Part shown: positions 29,415 through 41,067 of the stretch, piece after piece
Layout: each line of letters starts with the position of its first letter
How positions within the stretch are numbered: position 1 is the first letter of the stretch
Source: Perlucidibaca sp.
Lineage (GTDB): Bacteria > Pseudomonadota > Gammaproteobacteria > Pseudomonadales > Moraxellaceae
DNA: 64,000 nt
Assembly (NCBI GenBank): GCA_023265995.1
Contig: JAHFSA010000004.1
Coordinates: 32,340 to 96,339, forward strand
Reading direction: 5' to 3'
The notes under the pieces: generated by a model
The model's database searches: none
Seen by the model: only the letters and a program-made list of their open reading frames with translations
Told to the model about the DNA's origin: nothing
Position numbers and translations under genes: made by a program

Positions 29415-32135
29415 ATGGCAACCATCAACGTAGACGGCAAACAGTACGAAGTCGACGGCAGTGACAACCTGCTGCGCGCCTGCCTGTCGCTCGGCCTCGA
29501 CATCCCCTATTTCTGCTGGCACCCGGCGCTCGGCTCCGTGGGCGCCTGCCGCCAGTGCGCGGTCAAGCAGTACGCCAACGCGGATGACAAGCGCGGGCGT
29601 CTGGTCATGTCGTGCATGACGCAGTCCAGCGACAATACCTTCATCTCCATCGATGATGACGAGGCCAAGCAGTTCCGCGCCTCGGTGGTCGAGTGGCTGA
29701 TGACCAACCATCCGCACGACTGCCCGGTGTGCGAGGAAGGTGGCCACTGCCATCTCCAGGACATGACCGTGATGACGGGTCACAACACCCGTCGCTACCG
29801 TTTCAGCAAGCGTACCCACCAGAACCAGGATCTCGGCCCGTTCATCAATCACGAGATGAACCGCTGCATCGCCTGCTATCGCTGCGTGCGCTACTACAAC
29901 GATTACGCCGGCGGCACCGACCTCGGCGTCTACGGCGCCCATGACAACGTCTATTTCGGTCGTGTCGAAGACGGCACGCTGGAAAGCGAGTTCTCCGGCA
30001 ACCTCACCGAGGTCTGCCCGACCGGCGTGTTCACCGACAAGACCCACAGCGAGCGCTACAACCGCAAGTGGGACATGCAGTTCGCGCCCAGCGTCTGCCA
30101 CGGCTGCGCCAGCGGCTGCAACACCAGCCCGGGCGAGCGCTACGGCGAGCTGCGTCGCATCGAGAACCGCTACAACGGCGCGGTCAACCACTACTTCCTC
30201 TGTGACCGCGGTCGTTTCGGCTACGGCTACGTCAATCGCGAGGACCGTCCGCGCCAGCCGCAGGTCCGCGAGAACGGCGTCTTCGTCCAGCGCGAGCTCG
30301 ACGCCGCCCTCGATGCCATTGCCGCCCAGCTGCAGTCGGTCAATCGTGTCATCGGCATCGGTTCGCCGCGTGCCAGCCTGGAAGCCAACTACTCGCTGCG
30401 CGAGCTGGTCGGTGCCGACAACTTCTTCGCCGGCATCGGTGAGGCCGAGCTGAGCGTCGACCGCCTCGCGCTCGCCGTGCTGCAGCGCCAGGCCGCCGCC
30501 GTGCCCAGCCTGCGCGAGATCGAGGACAAGGATGCCGTGCTCGTGCTCGGCGAAGACCTGACCCAGACCTCGGCACGCGTGGCCCTGGCCCTGCGCCAGT
30601 CGGTCAAGAACAAGCCGGTGAAGATGACCACCGACAAGAAGATCGGTGACTGGAACGCACTCGGCGTGCGCGACATCGGCCAGCGCGAGCTGTCGCCGCT
30701 GTACGTGGTCAGCGCGCAGGCCACCCGTCTCGACGACGTCGCCGCCGCCACCTGGCAGGCCACGCCGGAAGACATCGCCCGCTTCGGCTTCGCCGTGGCC
30801 CACGCCATCGACCCGTCGGCCCCGGCCGTCAGCGGTCTCGATGCCGCTGCCCAGGCCTTGGTGCAGCGCGTTGCCGACGATCTGCTCGCCGCCAGCCAGC
30901 CGCTGGTCGTGTCCGGCACCAGCTTGGTCAGCGAAGCAGTCATCCAGGCCGCCGCCAACATCACCCAGGCGCTGCAGGCGCGTGGCAAGCAGGCCGCGAT
31001 TTCGCTGGCGCTGAGCGAGGCCAACAGCCTCGGCACCGCCATGCTCGACGGCCAGTCGCTGGATGCCGCGCTGACCCTGCTGGTCACCGGCGCCGCCGAT
31101 GCCGTGGTGATTCTCGAGAACGATCTCTACCGTCGCGCCGCGGCCGTCACCGTCGATGCCGCCCTGGCCGCCGCGCGTGATGTCATCGTGCTCGATCACC
31201 AGCTCACCGCCACCGCCGCCAAGGCCCAGTGGCTGCTGCCGGCAGCCAGCTTCGCCGAAGGCGACGGCACCCTGGTCAGCCAGGAAGGCCGCGCCCAGCG
31301 CTACTTCCAGGTCTATGACCCGGCCTATTACGACGGCACGGTGAGCATCAAGGAATCCTGGCGCTGGCTGCATGCCCTGCACAGCACCGTGCTCGGCCGC
31401 GATGTCGACTGGACTCTGCTCGACGACGTCACCGCCGCCACCGAAGCCGCCTTCCCGGTGCTCTCCGGTATCGTCACGGCTGCTCCGGGCGCATCCTTCC
31501 GCATCAAGGGCCTGAAGATCGCCCGCGAGCCGCGTCGCTATTCCGGTCGCACCGCCATGCGCGCCAACATCTCGGTGCATGAGCCGCGCGCCTCGCAGGA
31601 CCAGGACTCGGCGCTGGCCTTCTCCATGGAAGGCAGCAGCGGTCCCAACGAGGCCTCGCAGCTGACGCCGTTCGCCTGGGCTCCGGGCTGGAACTCGCCG
31701 CAGGCCTGGAACAAGTTCCAGGATGAAGTCGGCGGCCATCTCAAGTCCGGCGACTCCGGCGTGCGTCTGCTCAAGGCCGCTGGCGACAGCAGCTACTTCG
31801 GCCAGGTGCCGGCCGCCTTCGCGGCACGTCAGGATGCCCTGCGCGTGTTGCCGCTCTATCACCTGTTCGGCAGCGAGGAAATGACCGTGCGCGCCGAGGT
31901 GACCGAGAGCCGCATTCCTGAAGCCTATGCCGCGCTGTCCGCCGCCACTGCCGCCGCCCTCGGCGTGCAGGCCGGCGCCAGCCTGTCGGTTGTCGTCAAT
32001 GATGTCGCGCTCAGCCTGCCGGCTGTCATCAGCGACACGCTGCCGGCCGGCAGCGTGGGTCTGCCGGTGGGTCTGCCGGGCCAGCCGCGCTTCGCGCTCA
32101 ACGCCTGGGCCACTGTGCAGGGAGTGTCGGCATGA
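29415..32135 (+). CDS. nuoG: NADH-quinone oxidoreductase subunit G
   Basis: 906 aa. N-terminal 2Fe-2S/4Fe-4S Cys motifs ([15 protein letters not shown]; [18 protein letters not shown]; [10 protein letters not shown]). Confidence 0.96.
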   Translation: MATINVDGKQYEVDGSDNLLRACLSLGLDIPYFCWHPALGSVGACRQCAVKQYANADDKRGRLVMSCMTQSSDNTFISIDDDEAKQFRASVVEWLMTNHPHDCPVCEEGGHCHLQDMTVMTGHNTRRYRFSKRTHQNQDLGPFINHEMNRCIACYRCVRYYNDYAGGTDLGVYGAHDNVYFGRVEDGTLESEFSGNLTEVCPTGVFTDKTHSERYNRKWDMQFAPSVCHGCASGCNTSPGERYGELRRIENRYNGAVNHYFLCDRGRFGYGYVNREDRPRQPQVRENGVFVQRELDAALDAIAAQLQSVNRVIGIGSPRASLEANYSLRELVGADNFFAGIGEAELSVDRLALAVLQRQAAAVPSLREIEDKDAVLVLGEDLTQTSARVALALRQSVKNKPVKMTTDKKIGDWNALGVRDIGQRELSPLYVVSAQATRLDDVAAATWQATPEDIARFGFAVAHAIDPSAPAVSGLDAAAQALVQRVADDLLAASQPLVVSGTSLVSEAVIQAAANITQALQARGKQAAISLALSEANSLGTAMLDGQSLDAALTLLVTGAADAVVILENDLYRRAAAVTVDAALAAARDVIVLDHQLTATAAKAQWLLPAASFAEGDGTLVSQEGRAQRYFQVYDPAYYDGTVSIKESWRWLHALHSTVLGRDVDWTLLDDVTAATEAAFPVLSGIVTAAPGASFRIKGLKIAREPRRYSGRTAMRANISVHEPRASQDQDSALAFSMEGSSGPNEASQLTPFAWAPGWNSPQAWNKFQDEVGGHLKSGDSGVRLLKAAGDSSYFGQVPAAFAARQDALRVLPLYHLFGSEEMTVRAEVTESRIPEAYAALSAATAAALGVQAGASLSVVVNDVALSLPAVISDTLPAGSVGLPVGLPGQPRFALNAWATVQGVSA

Positions 32136-33145
32136 ACGATGTCATCGCGCAGGTCACCGCCTTCTTCACGCCGGAAGTCATCGCCAATCTGATCGCCATG
32201 GCCAAGGCCGTGGTCATCCTGCTGGTCACCGTCATCAGCGCGGCGCTGCTCAGCTTCGTCGAGCGTCGTCTGCTCGCAGTCTGGCAGGATAGGCACGGTC
32301 CCAACCGTGTCGGCCCCGGCGGCATCTTCCAGCTCGTCGCCGACATGCTGAAGATGTTCTTCAAGGAAGACTGGACGCCGCCCTTCGTCGACAAGCTCAC
32401 CTTCACGCTGGCGCCGGTGATCGCGCTGTCGGCGCTGCTGGTGGCCATGGCCGTGGTGCCGGTGACGCCGACCTGGGGTGTCGCCGATCTCAACATCGGC
32501 CTGCTGTTCTTCTTCGCCATGGCCGGTCTGGCCGTCTATGCCGTGCTCTTCGCCGGCTGGTCGTCGAACAACAAGTACGCTCTGCTCGGCAGCATCCGCG
32601 CCTCGGCCCAGACCCTGTCCTACGAGGTCTTCATGGGCCTGTCGCTGATGGGTGTGGTGATCCAGGCCGACTCCTTCAACCTGCGCGACATCGTCGAGGC
32701 GCAGAGCCACGTCTGGTTCATCGTTCCGCAGTTCTTCGGCTTCTGCACCTTCATCATCGCCGGCATCGCGGTCACCCACCGCCATCCGTTCGACCAGCCG
32801 GAAGCCGAGCAGGAACTGGCTGACGGCTACCACATCGAATACGCCGGCATGAAGTGGGGCATGTTCTTCGTCGGCGAGTACGTCGGCGTGGTGGTGATCT
32901 CGGCGTTGCTGGTGACGCTGTTCTTCGGTGGCTGGCAGCCTCTGCCTTACCTCGAGTTCATCCCGCCGTTCCTGTGGTTCGCCGCCAAGACGGCCTTCTT
33001 CATCATGCTTTTCGTGCTGGTCCGCGGTGCGCTCATGCGCCCGCGCTACGACCAGGTGATGTCGTTCAGCTGGCTGGTCTGCCTGCCGCTGAGCCTGCTC
33101 AACATGCTGGTCACCGCTGCGGTGGTCCTGCTGAATACGCCGTGA
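32132..33145 (+). CDS. nuoH: NADH-quinone oxidoreductase subunit H
   Basis: Polytopic membrane protein with [19 protein letters not shown] and [25 protein letters not shown]. Confidence 0.96.
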   Translation: MNDVIAQVTAFFTPEVIANLIAMAKAVVILLVTVISAALLSFVERRLLAVWQDRHGPNRVGPGGIFQLVADMLKMFFKEDWTPPFVDKLTFTLAPVIALSALLVAMAVVPVTPTWGVADLNIGLLFFFAMAGLAVYAVLFAGWSSNNKYALLGSIRASAQTLSYEVFMGLSLMGVVIQADSFNLRDIVEAQSHVWFIVPQFFGFCTFIIAGIAVTHRHPFDQPEAEQELADGYHIEYAGMKWGMFFVGEYVGVVVISALLVTLFFGGWQPLPYLEFIPPFLWFAAKTAFFIMLFVLVRGALMRPRYDQVMSFSWLVCLPLSLLNMLVTAAVVLLNTP

Positions 33146-33155
33146 GGTCGACGCC

Positions 33156-33698
33156 ATGAGTCCGCTGAGTATCCTGATTGGCGCCTACACCCAGCTGCGC
33201 AGCATGGTGATGGTGTTCTCGCACGCTTTCCGCAAACGCGACACCATTCTCTATCCGGAAGTGCCGGTCTACCTGCCGCCGCGCTATCGCGGCCGCATCG
33301 TGCTGACCCGCGACCCGGATGGCGAGGAGCGCTGCGTTGCCTGCAATCTGTGCGCCGTGGCCTGCCCGGTCGGCTGCATTTCGCTGCAGAAGGCTGAAAG
33401 CGAGGATGGCCGCTGGTATCCCGAGTTCTTCCGCATCAACTTTTCGCGCTGCATTTTCTGCGGCATGTGCGAAGAGGCCTGCCCGACCACGGCCATCCAG
33501 CTCACCCCGGATTTCGAGCTGGCCGAGTACAAGCGTCAGGATCTGGTCTACGAGAAGGAAGATCTGCTGATCTCGGGTCCGGGCAAGAACCCGGACTACA
33601 ACTTCTACCGCGTCGCCGGTCTGTCGATCGCCGGCAAGGCCAAGGGCGAAGCCCAGAACGAAGCTGCCCCGGTCAACGTCAAGGGCCTGATGCCCTAA
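33156..33698 (+). CDS. nuoI: NADH-quinone oxidoreductase subunit I
   Basis: Two CxxCxxCxxxCP ferredoxin motifs ([12 protein letters not shown]; [12 protein letters not shown]). Confidence 0.96.
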   Translation: MSPLSILIGAYTQLRSMVMVFSHAFRKRDTILYPEVPVYLPPRYRGRIVLTRDPDGEERCVACNLCAVACPVGCISLQKAESEDGRWYPEFFRINFSRCIFCGMCEEACPTTAIQLTPDFELAEYKRQDLVYEKEDLLISGPGKNPDYNFYRVAGLSIAGKAKGEAQNEAAPVNVKGLMP

Positions 33699-33713
33699 GG
33701 CAGGAGAGATCAA

Positions 33714-34229
33714 GTGCTATACGCTTTCTACATTGCTGCTGCGGTTGCCTTGCTGGCGACGGTGCGTGTCATCACCAACAGCAATCCGGTGCATGCCCTG
33801 CTCAACCTGATTGTCTCGCTGCTCGCCGTGGCGGCGATCTTCTTCGCCCTCGGCGCGCCGTTCGCCGGCATCCTCGAGGTCATCGTCTACGCCGGCGCCA
33901 TCATGGTGCTGTTCGTCTTCGTGGTCATGATGCTCAACCTCGGCGATGCCGTGGTCATGCAGGAGCGCGCCTGGATCAAGCCCGGCGCCTGGGTTGTTCC
34001 GGCCCTGCTGGCGCTGGTGCTGCTGGCGGAAATGGTCTACGTCCTGACCGGCATGGGTCTGCACCCGGCCGGCATGACCACGGTGGATGCCAAGCAGGTC
34101 GGCATTGCGCTCTACGGCCCCTATCTGCTGGTGGTCGAACTGGCTTCGTTCCTGCTGCTGGCCGCCCTGGTGGCGGCGTATCACCTGGGACGCAAGGACG
34201 ACGACAAGGCCGAAAGCGGCAAGATCTGA
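33714..34229 (+). CDS. nuoJ: NADH-quinone oxidoreductase subunit J
   Basis: GTG start. The hydrophobic 171-aa protein has NPVHALLNLIVSLL and YAGAIMVLFVFVVMML. Confidence 0.93.
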   Translation: MLYAFYIAAAVALLATVRVITNSNPVHALLNLIVSLLAVAAIFFALGAPFAGILEVIVYAGAIMVLFVFVVMMLNLGDAVVMQERAWIKPGAWVVPALLALVLLAEMVYVLTGMGLHPAGMTTVDAKQVGIALYGPYLLVVELASFLLLAALVAAYHLGRKDDDKAESGKI

Positions 34230-34283
34230 TGGCTGTCGCGTCGCAATCTGGCGGCGCGGCGGGTGAATCGAAGGTGGTGTGAA

Positions 34284-34592
34284 ATGACTGGTATACCGAT
34301 GGAGCATGGCCTGGCACTGGCCTCCGTTCTCTTTGTTCTCGGGTTGGCGGGCGTGCTCGTGCGCCGCAACATCCTGTTCGTGCTGATGTCGCTGGAAATC
34401 ATGATGAACGCGGCGGCGCTGGCGTTCGTCGTGGCCGGTGCGCGCTGGGGCCAGCCCGACGGCCAGATCATGTTCATCCTGATCCTCAGCCTGGCCGCCG
34501 CCGAAGCTTCGGTGGGTCTGGCCATCCTGCTCCAGCTCTACCGTCGTTTCGGTACGCTCGACATTGACGCAGCCAGTGAGATGCGCGGATGA
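34284..34592 (+). CDS. nuoK: NADH-quinone oxidoreductase subunit K
   Basis: Internal ATG giving 102 aa. Motif [14 protein letters not shown] ... [13 protein letters not shown]. Confidence 0.93.
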   Translation: MTGIPMEHGLALASVLFVLGLAGVLVRRNILFVLMSLEIMMNAAALAFVVAGARWGQPDGQIMFILILSLAAAEASVGLAILLQLYRRFGTLDIDAASEMRG

Positions 34593-36451
34593 ACCTGCTC
34601 TTCCTGACCTTTGTATTTCCCCTCGTAGGCTTCCTGCTGCTGGCCATGGCCCGCGGCCGGGTTTCCGAAAACCTGGCGGCCGTGATCGGCGTCGGCTCCA
34701 TGGGCCTGTCGGCTGCCACCGCAGCCTGGGTCGGCTGCGACTTCCTGCAGCACACGCCGGATGGCGGTGCCTACACGCAGCTGATGTGGACCTGGATCAA
34801 CGTGCCCGGCTTCGATCCGCAGTTCGCGCTGCGCCTCGACGGCCTGTCGCTGACCATGATGGGCGTGATCACCGGCGTCGGCTTCCTGATCCATGTCTTC
34901 GCCTCCTGGTACATGCGCGGTGAAGACGGCTACGAGCGCTTCTTCTCGTACATGAACCTGTTCGTCGCCTCCATGCTCTTCCTCGTGCTCGGCGACAACA
35001 TGCTGTTCCTGTACTTCGGCTGGGAAGGCGTGGGTCTCGCCTCCTATCTGCTGATCGGCTTCTACTACAAGGATCCGGCCAACGGTCTGGCGGCACGCAA
35101 GGCCTTCGTCGTCACCCGCGTCGGTGACACCTTCATGGCCATCGGCCTGTTCATCCTGTTCCGCGAACTCGGCACCCTGAACATCCAGGAGCTGATGGTG
35201 CGCGCGCCCGAACACTTCACCCAGGGCGACTTCTGGATCACCGCCGCCACCCTGATGCTGCTCGGCGGCGCCGTCGGCAAGTCCGCGCAGCTGCCGTTGC
35301 AGACCTGGCTGGCCGACGCCATGGCCGGTCCGACACCGGTTTCCGCGCTCATCCACGCGGCCACCATGGTCACCGCCGGTGTCTACCTGATCGCCCGTAC
35401 CCACGGCCTCTTCCTGATGGCGCCGGACGTGCTGCTGCTGGTCGGCGTGGTCGGTGCCGTGACCCTGGTGCTGTCCGGCTTCGCCGCCCTGGTGCAGACC
35501 GACATCAAGCGCATCCTGGCCTACTCGACCATGAGCCAGATCGGCTACATGTTCCTGGCTCTCGGTGTCGGCGCCTGGTCGGCCGCGGTCTTCCACCTGA
35601 TGATCCACGCCTTCTTCAAGGCCCTGCTGTTCCTCTCCGCAGGCGCCGTGATCATTGCCTGCCACCATGAGCAGGACATCTTCAAGATGGGTGGCCTGCG
35701 CAAGAAGATCCCCTTCGTGTACGCCTGCTTCCTGGTCGGTGGTGCCGCCCTGGCCGCGCTGCCGCTGGTGACCTCGGGCTTCTACTCCAAGGACGAGATC
35801 CTGTTCGAGGCCTGGGCCGGCGGTCATGACTACCTGCTGATCGCAGGCCTGGTCGGCGCCTTCCTGACCTCGATCTACACCTTCCGCCTGATCTTCGTGG
35901 CCTTCCACGGCCGCGAGAACGGCCATGCCGAGGCCATCAAGGGCATCGACTACTGGCTGCCGCTGGCCATCCTGCTGGTGCTCTCGACCGCCGTCGGCGC
36001 GCTCGTGCATCAGCCGCTGGAAGGCGTGCTGCCGGCCATGCCGTCGACCCTGCTGGCCGCCGAGACCGCCGAGCATGGCAAGCATCAGCTCGAACTGCTG
36101 TCGGGCAGCATCGCCGTCTTCGGCGTCGTGCTGGCCGCGCTGCTCTATCTCGGCGAACGCCGTCTCGTCAGCCGCATCGGCGCCAGCGCGCCGGGCCGTG
36201 TACTGACGAAGCTCTGGTTCAACGCCTGGGGTTTCGACTGGCTCTACGACAAGATTTTCGTGCGCCCCTTCATGGCCACGGTGCATCTGCTGCGCAATGA
36301 CCCGGCTGACCAGACCATCGGTCTCATTCCGCGTCTCAGCCAGCTCGGCAACCGTGTCCTGACGGTGACCGAAAACGGCCAGATTCGCTGGTATGCCGCG
36401 TCCTTCGCTATTGGCGCTGCCCTGATCCTTTCCGTGCTGGTGCTGGTGTAA
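34589..36451 (+). CDS. nuoL: NADH-quinone oxidoreductase subunit L
   Basis: 620-aa antiporter-like subunit ([14 protein letters not shown]; [35 protein letters not shown]). Confidence 0.96.
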   Translation: MNLLFLTFVFPLVGFLLLAMARGRVSENLAAVIGVGSMGLSAATAAWVGCDFLQHTPDGGAYTQLMWTWINVPGFDPQFALRLDGLSLTMMGVITGVGFLIHVFASWYMRGEDGYERFFSYMNLFVASMLFLVLGDNMLFLYFGWEGVGLASYLLIGFYYKDPANGLAARKAFVVTRVGDTFMAIGLFILFRELGTLNIQELMVRAPEHFTQGDFWITAATLMLLGGAVGKSAQLPLQTWLADAMAGPTPVSALIHAATMVTAGVYLIARTHGLFLMAPDVLLLVGVVGAVTLVLSGFAALVQTDIKRILAYSTMSQIGYMFLALGVGAWSAAVFHLMIHAFFKALLFLSAGAVIIACHHEQDIFKMGGLRKKIPFVYACFLVGGAALAALPLVTSGFYSKDEILFEAWAGGHDYLLIAGLVGAFLTSIYTFRLIFVAFHGRENGHAEAIKGIDYWLPLAILLVLSTAVGALVHQPLEGVLPAMPSTLLAAETAEHGKHQLELLSGSIAVFGVVLAALLYLGERRLVSRIGASAPGRVLTKLWFNAWGFDWLYDKIFVRPFMATVHLLRNDPADQTIGLIPRLSQLGNRVLTVTENGQIRWYAASFAIGAALILSVLVLV

Positions 36452-36454
36452 GCC

Positions 36455-38017
36455 ATGATGACTTTCGACCCGATGATTCTGCCCCTGCTGCTCCTGCTGC
36501 CCTTCGCGGGCGGTCTGCTGGCCTGGCAGGCCGAGCGCGTGAGCCTGGTGGTGCCGCGCTGGATCGCACTGTTCACCATGATCATCTTCCTGGTCATCGT
36601 CGTGCTGCTCTGGCAGCAGGGCGGTTACCACGGTGCCGATCTCGCCACCAGCATGAGCGGCCATCCTGTCTGGCAGCTGGAGTTCCGCGCGCCCTGGATT
36701 CCGCGCTTCGGCATCAGCTTCCACCTCGGCCTCGATGGCCTGTCGCTGCTCATGCTGCTGCTGACCGGTCTGCTCGGTGTGCTGGCGGTGGCTTGCTCGT
36801 GGAAGGAAATCGACAAGAATGTCGGCTTCTTCCACCTCAACCTGCTGTGGAACCTGGGCGGTGTCGTCGGCGTCTTTCTCGCCCTCGACCTGTTCCTGTT
36901 CTTCTTCTTCTGGGAAATGATGCTGGTGCCGATGTACTTCCTGATCGCCCTCTGGGGACATCAGGGTGCCAACGGCCGCAGCCGCATCAGCGCTGCCACC
37001 AAGTTCTTCATCTTCACCCAGGCCAGCGGTCTGCTGCTGCTGCTCGCCATCATCGGTCTCGTCATTGTCCATGCCCAGAGTGCCGGCGTGGTGACCTTCG
37101 ACTATGACGCGCTGCTCGCCACGCAAATGGCGCCGGCAGTGGAAATGGTGCTGATGCTGGGCTTCTTCCTGGCCTTCGCGGTCAAGCTGCCGGTGGTGCC
37201 CGTGCACTCCTGGCTGCCCGATGCCCATGCCCAGGCGCCGACGGCAGGTTCCGTCGACCTCGCCGGTGTGCTGCTGAAGACCGCGGCCTACGGCCTGCTG
37301 CGTTTCGGCGTGCCGCTGTTCCCGCATGCCTCGCTCGATTTCGCCCCCATCGCCATGTGGCTGGGTGTCTTCGGCATCTTCTATGGTGGCGTGCTGGCCT
37401 GCGCGCAGACCGACATCAAGCGTCTGGTCGCCTACACCTCGGTCTCGCACATGGGCTTCGTGCTGGTCGGTATCTACGCCGGCAACACGCTGGCGCTGCA
37501 GGGCGTGGTGGTGCAGATGCTGGCGCACGGCATTTCCGCCGGCGCGCTCTTCATCCTCTGCGGTGAACTCTACGAGCGCCTGCACACCCGTGACCTGCGC
37601 GAGATGGGCGGCCTCTGGACGCGCCTGCGCTTCCTGCCGCCGATCACGCTGTTCTTCGCCGTGGCCTCGCTCGGTCTGCCCGGCATGGGCAACTTCGTCG
37701 GTGAAATCATGATCCTGCTCGGCAGCTTCCAGGCCGATACCGCAGTGACCATCGTCGCCGCCGGCGGTCTCGTGCTGGCCGCCGTCTACGGTCTGCTGAT
37801 GATGCAGAAGGCCTTCTTCGGGCCGGCGCGCAGCGAGAGCATGCTGCCCGACCTGAGCCACCGTGAAATCGCCATCATGCTGACGCTCATGGCCATCCTG
37901 CTCGGCCTCGGTCTCTATCCGCAGCCGGTGCTGGATACGTCCGCGGCCAGCATGCAGCACTTCCTTTCGATCTATACGCAGGCGTCCGCCCCGGTCGTCC
38001 CGAATGCAGGCTTGTAA
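36455..38017 (+). CDS. nuoM: NADH-quinone oxidoreductase subunit M
   Basis: 520-aa antiporter-like subunit ([15 protein letters not shown]; [25 protein letters not shown]). Confidence 0.96.
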   Translation: MMTFDPMILPLLLLLPFAGGLLAWQAERVSLVVPRWIALFTMIIFLVIVVLLWQQGGYHGADLATSMSGHPVWQLEFRAPWIPRFGISFHLGLDGLSLLMLLLTGLLGVLAVACSWKEIDKNVGFFHLNLLWNLGGVVGVFLALDLFLFFFFWEMMLVPMYFLIALWGHQGANGRSRISAATKFFIFTQASGLLLLLAIIGLVIVHAQSAGVVTFDYDALLATQMAPAVEMVLMLGFFLAFAVKLPVVPVHSWLPDAHAQAPTAGSVDLAGVLLKTAAYGLLRFGVPLFPHASLDFAPIAMWLGVFGIFYGGVLACAQTDIKRLVAYTSVSHMGFVLVGIYAGNTLALQGVVVQMLAHGISAGALFILCGELYERLHTRDLREMGGLWTRLRFLPPITLFFAVASLGLPGMGNFVGEIMILLGSFQADTAVTIVAAGGLVLAAVYGLLMMQKAFFGPARSESMLPDLSHREIAIMLTLMAILLGLGLYPQPVLDTSAASMQHFLSIYTQASAPVVPNAGL

Positions 38018-38023
38018 AACGCC

Positions 38024-39481
38024 ATGACTATGACTGCACAACAACTCATCGCGCTGCTGCCGCTGCTCATCACCGGGGCTACCGCGGTCCTTGTCATGCT
38101 CTCGATCGCGGTCAAGCGCCTGCATGACTTCAATGCCACGCTGACGGTCATCGGCCTCAACCTGGCGCTGCTGTCGCTGATCCTGGTCACGCGCCAGCCG
38201 CCGCAGCAGATCACCGAACTGCTCGTGGTGGATGGCTACGCGGCCTTCTACATGGGCCTGGTGCTGTTCGCCACGCTGGCCTGCGCCACGCTCATGCATG
38301 CCTACATCAAGAGCTATGCCGGCAATCGCGAAGAGGTCTACCTGCTGCTGACGCTGTCGGTGCTCGGTGCCCTGGTGCTGGTCATGAGCCGTCACCTGGC
38401 CTCGCTGTTCATCGGCCTCGAACTGCTCTCGGTCCCGGTCTACGGTCTGGTGGCCTACACCTTCCGCCAGAAGCGTTCGCTGGAAGCCGGCATCAAGTAC
38501 ATGGTGCTGTCCGCCGCCGCCTCGGCCTTCATGCTCTTCGGCATGGCGCTGCTCTACGCCGAATCCGGCACGCTCAGCTTCGCCGGCCTCGGCGCGCAGC
38601 TGGCTTCGGCCGGCATGCTCAGTCCGTTCGGCTATGCCGGCATCGCGCTCATCCTCTCCGCGCTGGCCTTCAAGCTGTCGCTGGCGCCATTCCACCTGTG
38701 GACGCCGGACGTCTATGAAGGCGCGCCGGCTCCGGTCGGCGCCTATCTGGCCACGGTCAGCAAGGTGGCGGTGTTCGTGGTGCTGCTGCGCTTCCTGGTT
38801 GAAGTGCCGGCCGCGCATGCCAGCCTCTGGCCGCTGCTGCTGTCGGTCATCGCCTTCCTGTCCATCGTGGTCGGCAACCTGCTGGCGCTGAACCAGAAGA
38901 ACATCAAGCGTCTGCTCGGTTACTCCTCCATCGCCCACTTCGGCTACATCCTGGTCGCCATCGTGGCCGGTGGCGCGCTGGCGCTGGAGTCGGTCGGTAT
39001 CTACCTGCTGACCTACGTGGTCACCACCATCGGCGCCTTCGGTGTCGTGGCGCTGACCTCCAGCCCCTACCAGGGCAAGGATGCCGATGCCATCTTCGAT
39101 TACCGCGGCCTGTTCTGGCGTCGTCCCTACCTGACCGCCGTGCTCACCGTCATGATGCTGTCGTTGGCGGGCATTCCGCTCACCGCAGGCTTCATCGGGA
39201 AGTTCTACGTCGCCCTCAGCGGTGTCGCCGCCGAACTCTGGTGGCTGCTGGGCGCTCTCGTGGTCGGCAGCGCCATCGGCCTGTACTACTACCTGCGCGT
39301 GGTCATCGCCCTCTACCTGCCGACGCCCGGCATGCGTCGCATGGAGGCCGAGCTGCACTGGGGCCAGCATGCCGGCGGCATCATGGTGCTGATCATGGCG
39401 GCCCTGATGTTCCTGCTCGGCATGTACCCGCAGCCGGCAATGATGCTGGTGCACAGCGCCAGCATCGTGGTCTTCCAGTAA
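38024..39481 (+). CDS. nuoN: NADH-quinone oxidoreductase subunit N
   Basis: 485-aa antiporter-like subunit ([23 protein letters not shown]). Last gene of the operon. Confidence 0.96.
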   Translation: MTMTAQQLIALLPLLITGATAVLVMLSIAVKRLHDFNATLTVIGLNLALLSLILVTRQPPQQITELLVVDGYAAFYMGLVLFATLACATLMHAYIKSYAGNREEVYLLLTLSVLGALVLVMSRHLASLFIGLELLSVPVYGLVAYTFRQKRSLEAGIKYMVLSAAASAFMLFGMALLYAESGTLSFAGLGAQLASAGMLSPFGYAGIALILSALAFKLSLAPFHLWTPDVYEGAPAPVGAYLATVSKVAVFVVLLRFLVEVPAAHASLWPLLLSVIAFLSIVVGNLLALNQKNIKRLLGYSSIAHFGYILVAIVAGGALALESVGIYLLTYVVTTIGAFGVVALTSSPYQGKDADAIFDYRGLFWRRPYLTAVLTVMMLSLAGIPLTAGFIGKFYVALSGVAAELWWLLGALVVGSAIGLYYYLRVVIALYLPTPGMRRMEAELHWGQHAGGIMVLIMAALMFLLGMYPQPAMMLVHSASIVVFQ

Positions 39482-39494
39482 GCCTCTTCCCCTT

Positions 39495-39540
39495 CAGACT
39501 GGCGGCGGCTTCCAGCCGCCAGTCTGTCTGGCTTTTGTTC
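39495..39540 (+). terminator. Rho-independent terminator of the nuo operon
   Basis: 12-bp perfect stem CAGACTGGCGGC / GCCGCCAGTCTG (39495-39526) with an 8-nt loop, followed by TCTGGCTTTTGTT. Confidence 0.85.
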
Positions 39541-39616
39541 ACAAAAGTCATATACATCTAACAAAAGAACTACACGGAAAAGGTGGCCGACCCTGGTCTC
39601 CTTTCTTATGGTTACG

Positions 39617-39626
39617 TTTGTACAAA
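39617..39626. promoter_or_regulatory. Perfect palindrome TTTGTACAAA in the AT-rich leader of the FadL-like gene
   Basis: Seen directly. It is embedded in GTTTGTACAAAAAC, about 60 bp upstream of the preferred ATG at 39686. ACAAAAG is also repeated twice at 39541-39570. Confidence 0.25.
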
Positions 39627-39685
39627 AACAGAACAAATGCCCGCTGACGGCGGCGCACATCCATAACGACAAGACGGACCTGCCC

Positions 39686-41053
39686 ATGATCATTCGCTTC
39701 CATCGCTGGCTGCCGCTGGCCGGCCTCGCGTTGCTTCCGGCCATAGGCCAGGCTTCCATGGGGCATGTCGCCTCCAACTTCGGCCTGCTGCCGCAGGACG
39801 TGGCGTCGGCCCAGTCGTTGTCGATGTTCAGCAACCAGCCCTCGGCGGTCTACTACAACCCGGCCTATCTGGCGCGGGACAAGTCGGGTGCCATGACCGC
39901 GGCCTTCCTGTTCACCGATCAGGAGCTCAAGGCCAAGGGCTGGGGCACGCCGGACAAGGTGGTGGAAAACGATGTCATCGAGGATCACTCGAACTACAAC
40001 TTCCTGCTCGGCTTCAAGACCAACCTGAGCACCATGCTGGCCAGCGACAGGCCGCTGGTGCTCGGTTTCATGCTCGGTGCCGAGCGTACCGGTGAAAAGC
40101 TGCTGGCCTTCAATTCGACCACCAGCCAGACGGCGCAGTCGCTGCGCTACGGCCAGCAGTCGCTGTTCCTCAGCCTGGGGGCAGGGCTCAATGTGGTGCC
40201 CGGCTTCGATGTCGGCGCATCGACGCGCATCACGCTGGCGGCCGACGCCAATCTGCGCGCCTACACCGATGTCGCCGGCAACACCCAGTACGAGACCCTG
40301 CAGGTGTCGGCCAAGCCATCCATCCAGCCCATCCTCAGCGGCACCCTGGACTGGGGTCGTCTGGTCTGCCCGGGCCGTCGCGGCTGCTGGCTGACCGGCA
40401 TCGAGACGGCAGCGTCCTGGCGCCATGCCTCCAAGTTCACGGCCAATGTCGATGCCCTGGCGGCCGTTCCCAACCTGGTGGCGGCACCCGGTCTGCCGCT
40501 GAAGCTGGCCACGCTCGACTCCTACCAGCCCGAAACCTGGTCGGCGGCCATGCAGTACAACCTCTACAAGCTGCGTGTGTCGGCCGGCGTCGACTACCAG
40601 CTCTGGTCCGCACTCAATTCCGAGCTGAACAACGATACGGTCAAGGATGACTCCGGACTCAAGTTCGAGGATGTGGTGGTGCCGCGTATCGGCGCCGAAT
40701 ATCGCGTCGACAACACGCTGAGCTTCATCGGCGGTGTCTCCTACGAGAAGTCGCCGCTGGTCAGCAAGGAGTCGCGTGACGTCAACTATGTCGACAACGA
40801 CCGCATCGTCTTCGGCCTCGGCATGTCCTACCTGATCGAGCAGCCGTTGTTCCTGGCCCAGCCGGTACGCTTCGATATCGGCTACCAGTACCACTGGCTG
40901 CAGGAGCGCGACTTCCGTCTTTCCACCACGCGCAATACCGGCAACCAGTCCGGCCAGCAGAATCCGAACTGTGATGCCGGCACGCGCTGCGAGGACGTCA
41001 CTGCCGAAGGTGACGTGCATGTGATCAACGCCTCGGTCAATCTCAAGTTCTAA
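39686..41053 (+). CDS. FadL/TodX-family outer-membrane hydrophobic-compound channel
   Basis: Signal peptide MIIRFHRWLPLAGLALLPAIGQA. NPA-type N-terminal hatch motif (SAVYYNPAYLA). The C-terminal block VVPRIGAEYRV...GGVSYEKSPLVSKESRDVNYVDNDRIVFGLGMSY parallels E. coli FadL. Terminal Phe (NLKF). Start chosen at an internal ATG of ORF 39608..41053. Confidence 0.78.
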   Translation: MIIRFHRWLPLAGLALLPAIGQASMGHVASNFGLLPQDVASAQSLSMFSNQPSAVYYNPAYLARDKSGAMTAAFLFTDQELKAKGWGTPDKVVENDVIEDHSNYNFLLGFKTNLSTMLASDRPLVLGFMLGAERTGEKLLAFNSTTSQTAQSLRYGQQSLFLSLGAGLNVVPGFDVGASTRITLAADANLRAYTDVAGNTQYETLQVSAKPSIQPILSGTLDWGRLVCPGRRGCWLTGIETAASWRHASKFTANVDALAAVPNLVAAPGLPLKLATLDSYQPETWSAAMQYNLYKLRVSAGVDYQLWSALNSELNNDTVKDDSGLKFEDVVVPRIGAEYRVDNTLSFIGGVSYEKSPLVSKESRDVNYVDNDRIVFGLGMSYLIEQPLFLAQPVRFDIGYQYHWLQERDFRLSTTRNTGNQSGQQNPNCDAGTRCEDVTAEGDVHVINASVNLKF

Positions 41054-41067
41054 GGAAGGAACAGGCC

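Noticed and set aside
27993-31862. 1289-aa minus-strand ORF over nuoF/nuoG. Similar cases are 24873..27623 over nuoB/CD, 7945..10371 over the oxidoreductase and folA, 13004..15220 over ptsP, 44523..46850 over pckG, 47823..49691 over gcvH/PA, and 22688..24328 over WS/DGAT.
   Set aside because: All are antisense to genes with unmistakable conserved motifs, and all show the same Arg/Gly/His/Asp-rich shadow-ORF composition. I treat them as GC-bias artefacts.
34538-39454. 1638-aa ORF on the minus strand spanning the whole of nuoL, nuoM and nuoN
   Set aside because: It lies exactly antisense to three strongly conserved membrane-subunit genes. The translation is dominated by Arg/Gly/His/Gln/Asp/Glu runs and has no recognisable motif, RBS or sensible start. 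In GC-rich genes with G/C third positions the antisense frame rarely contains stop codons, so this is a composition artefact.
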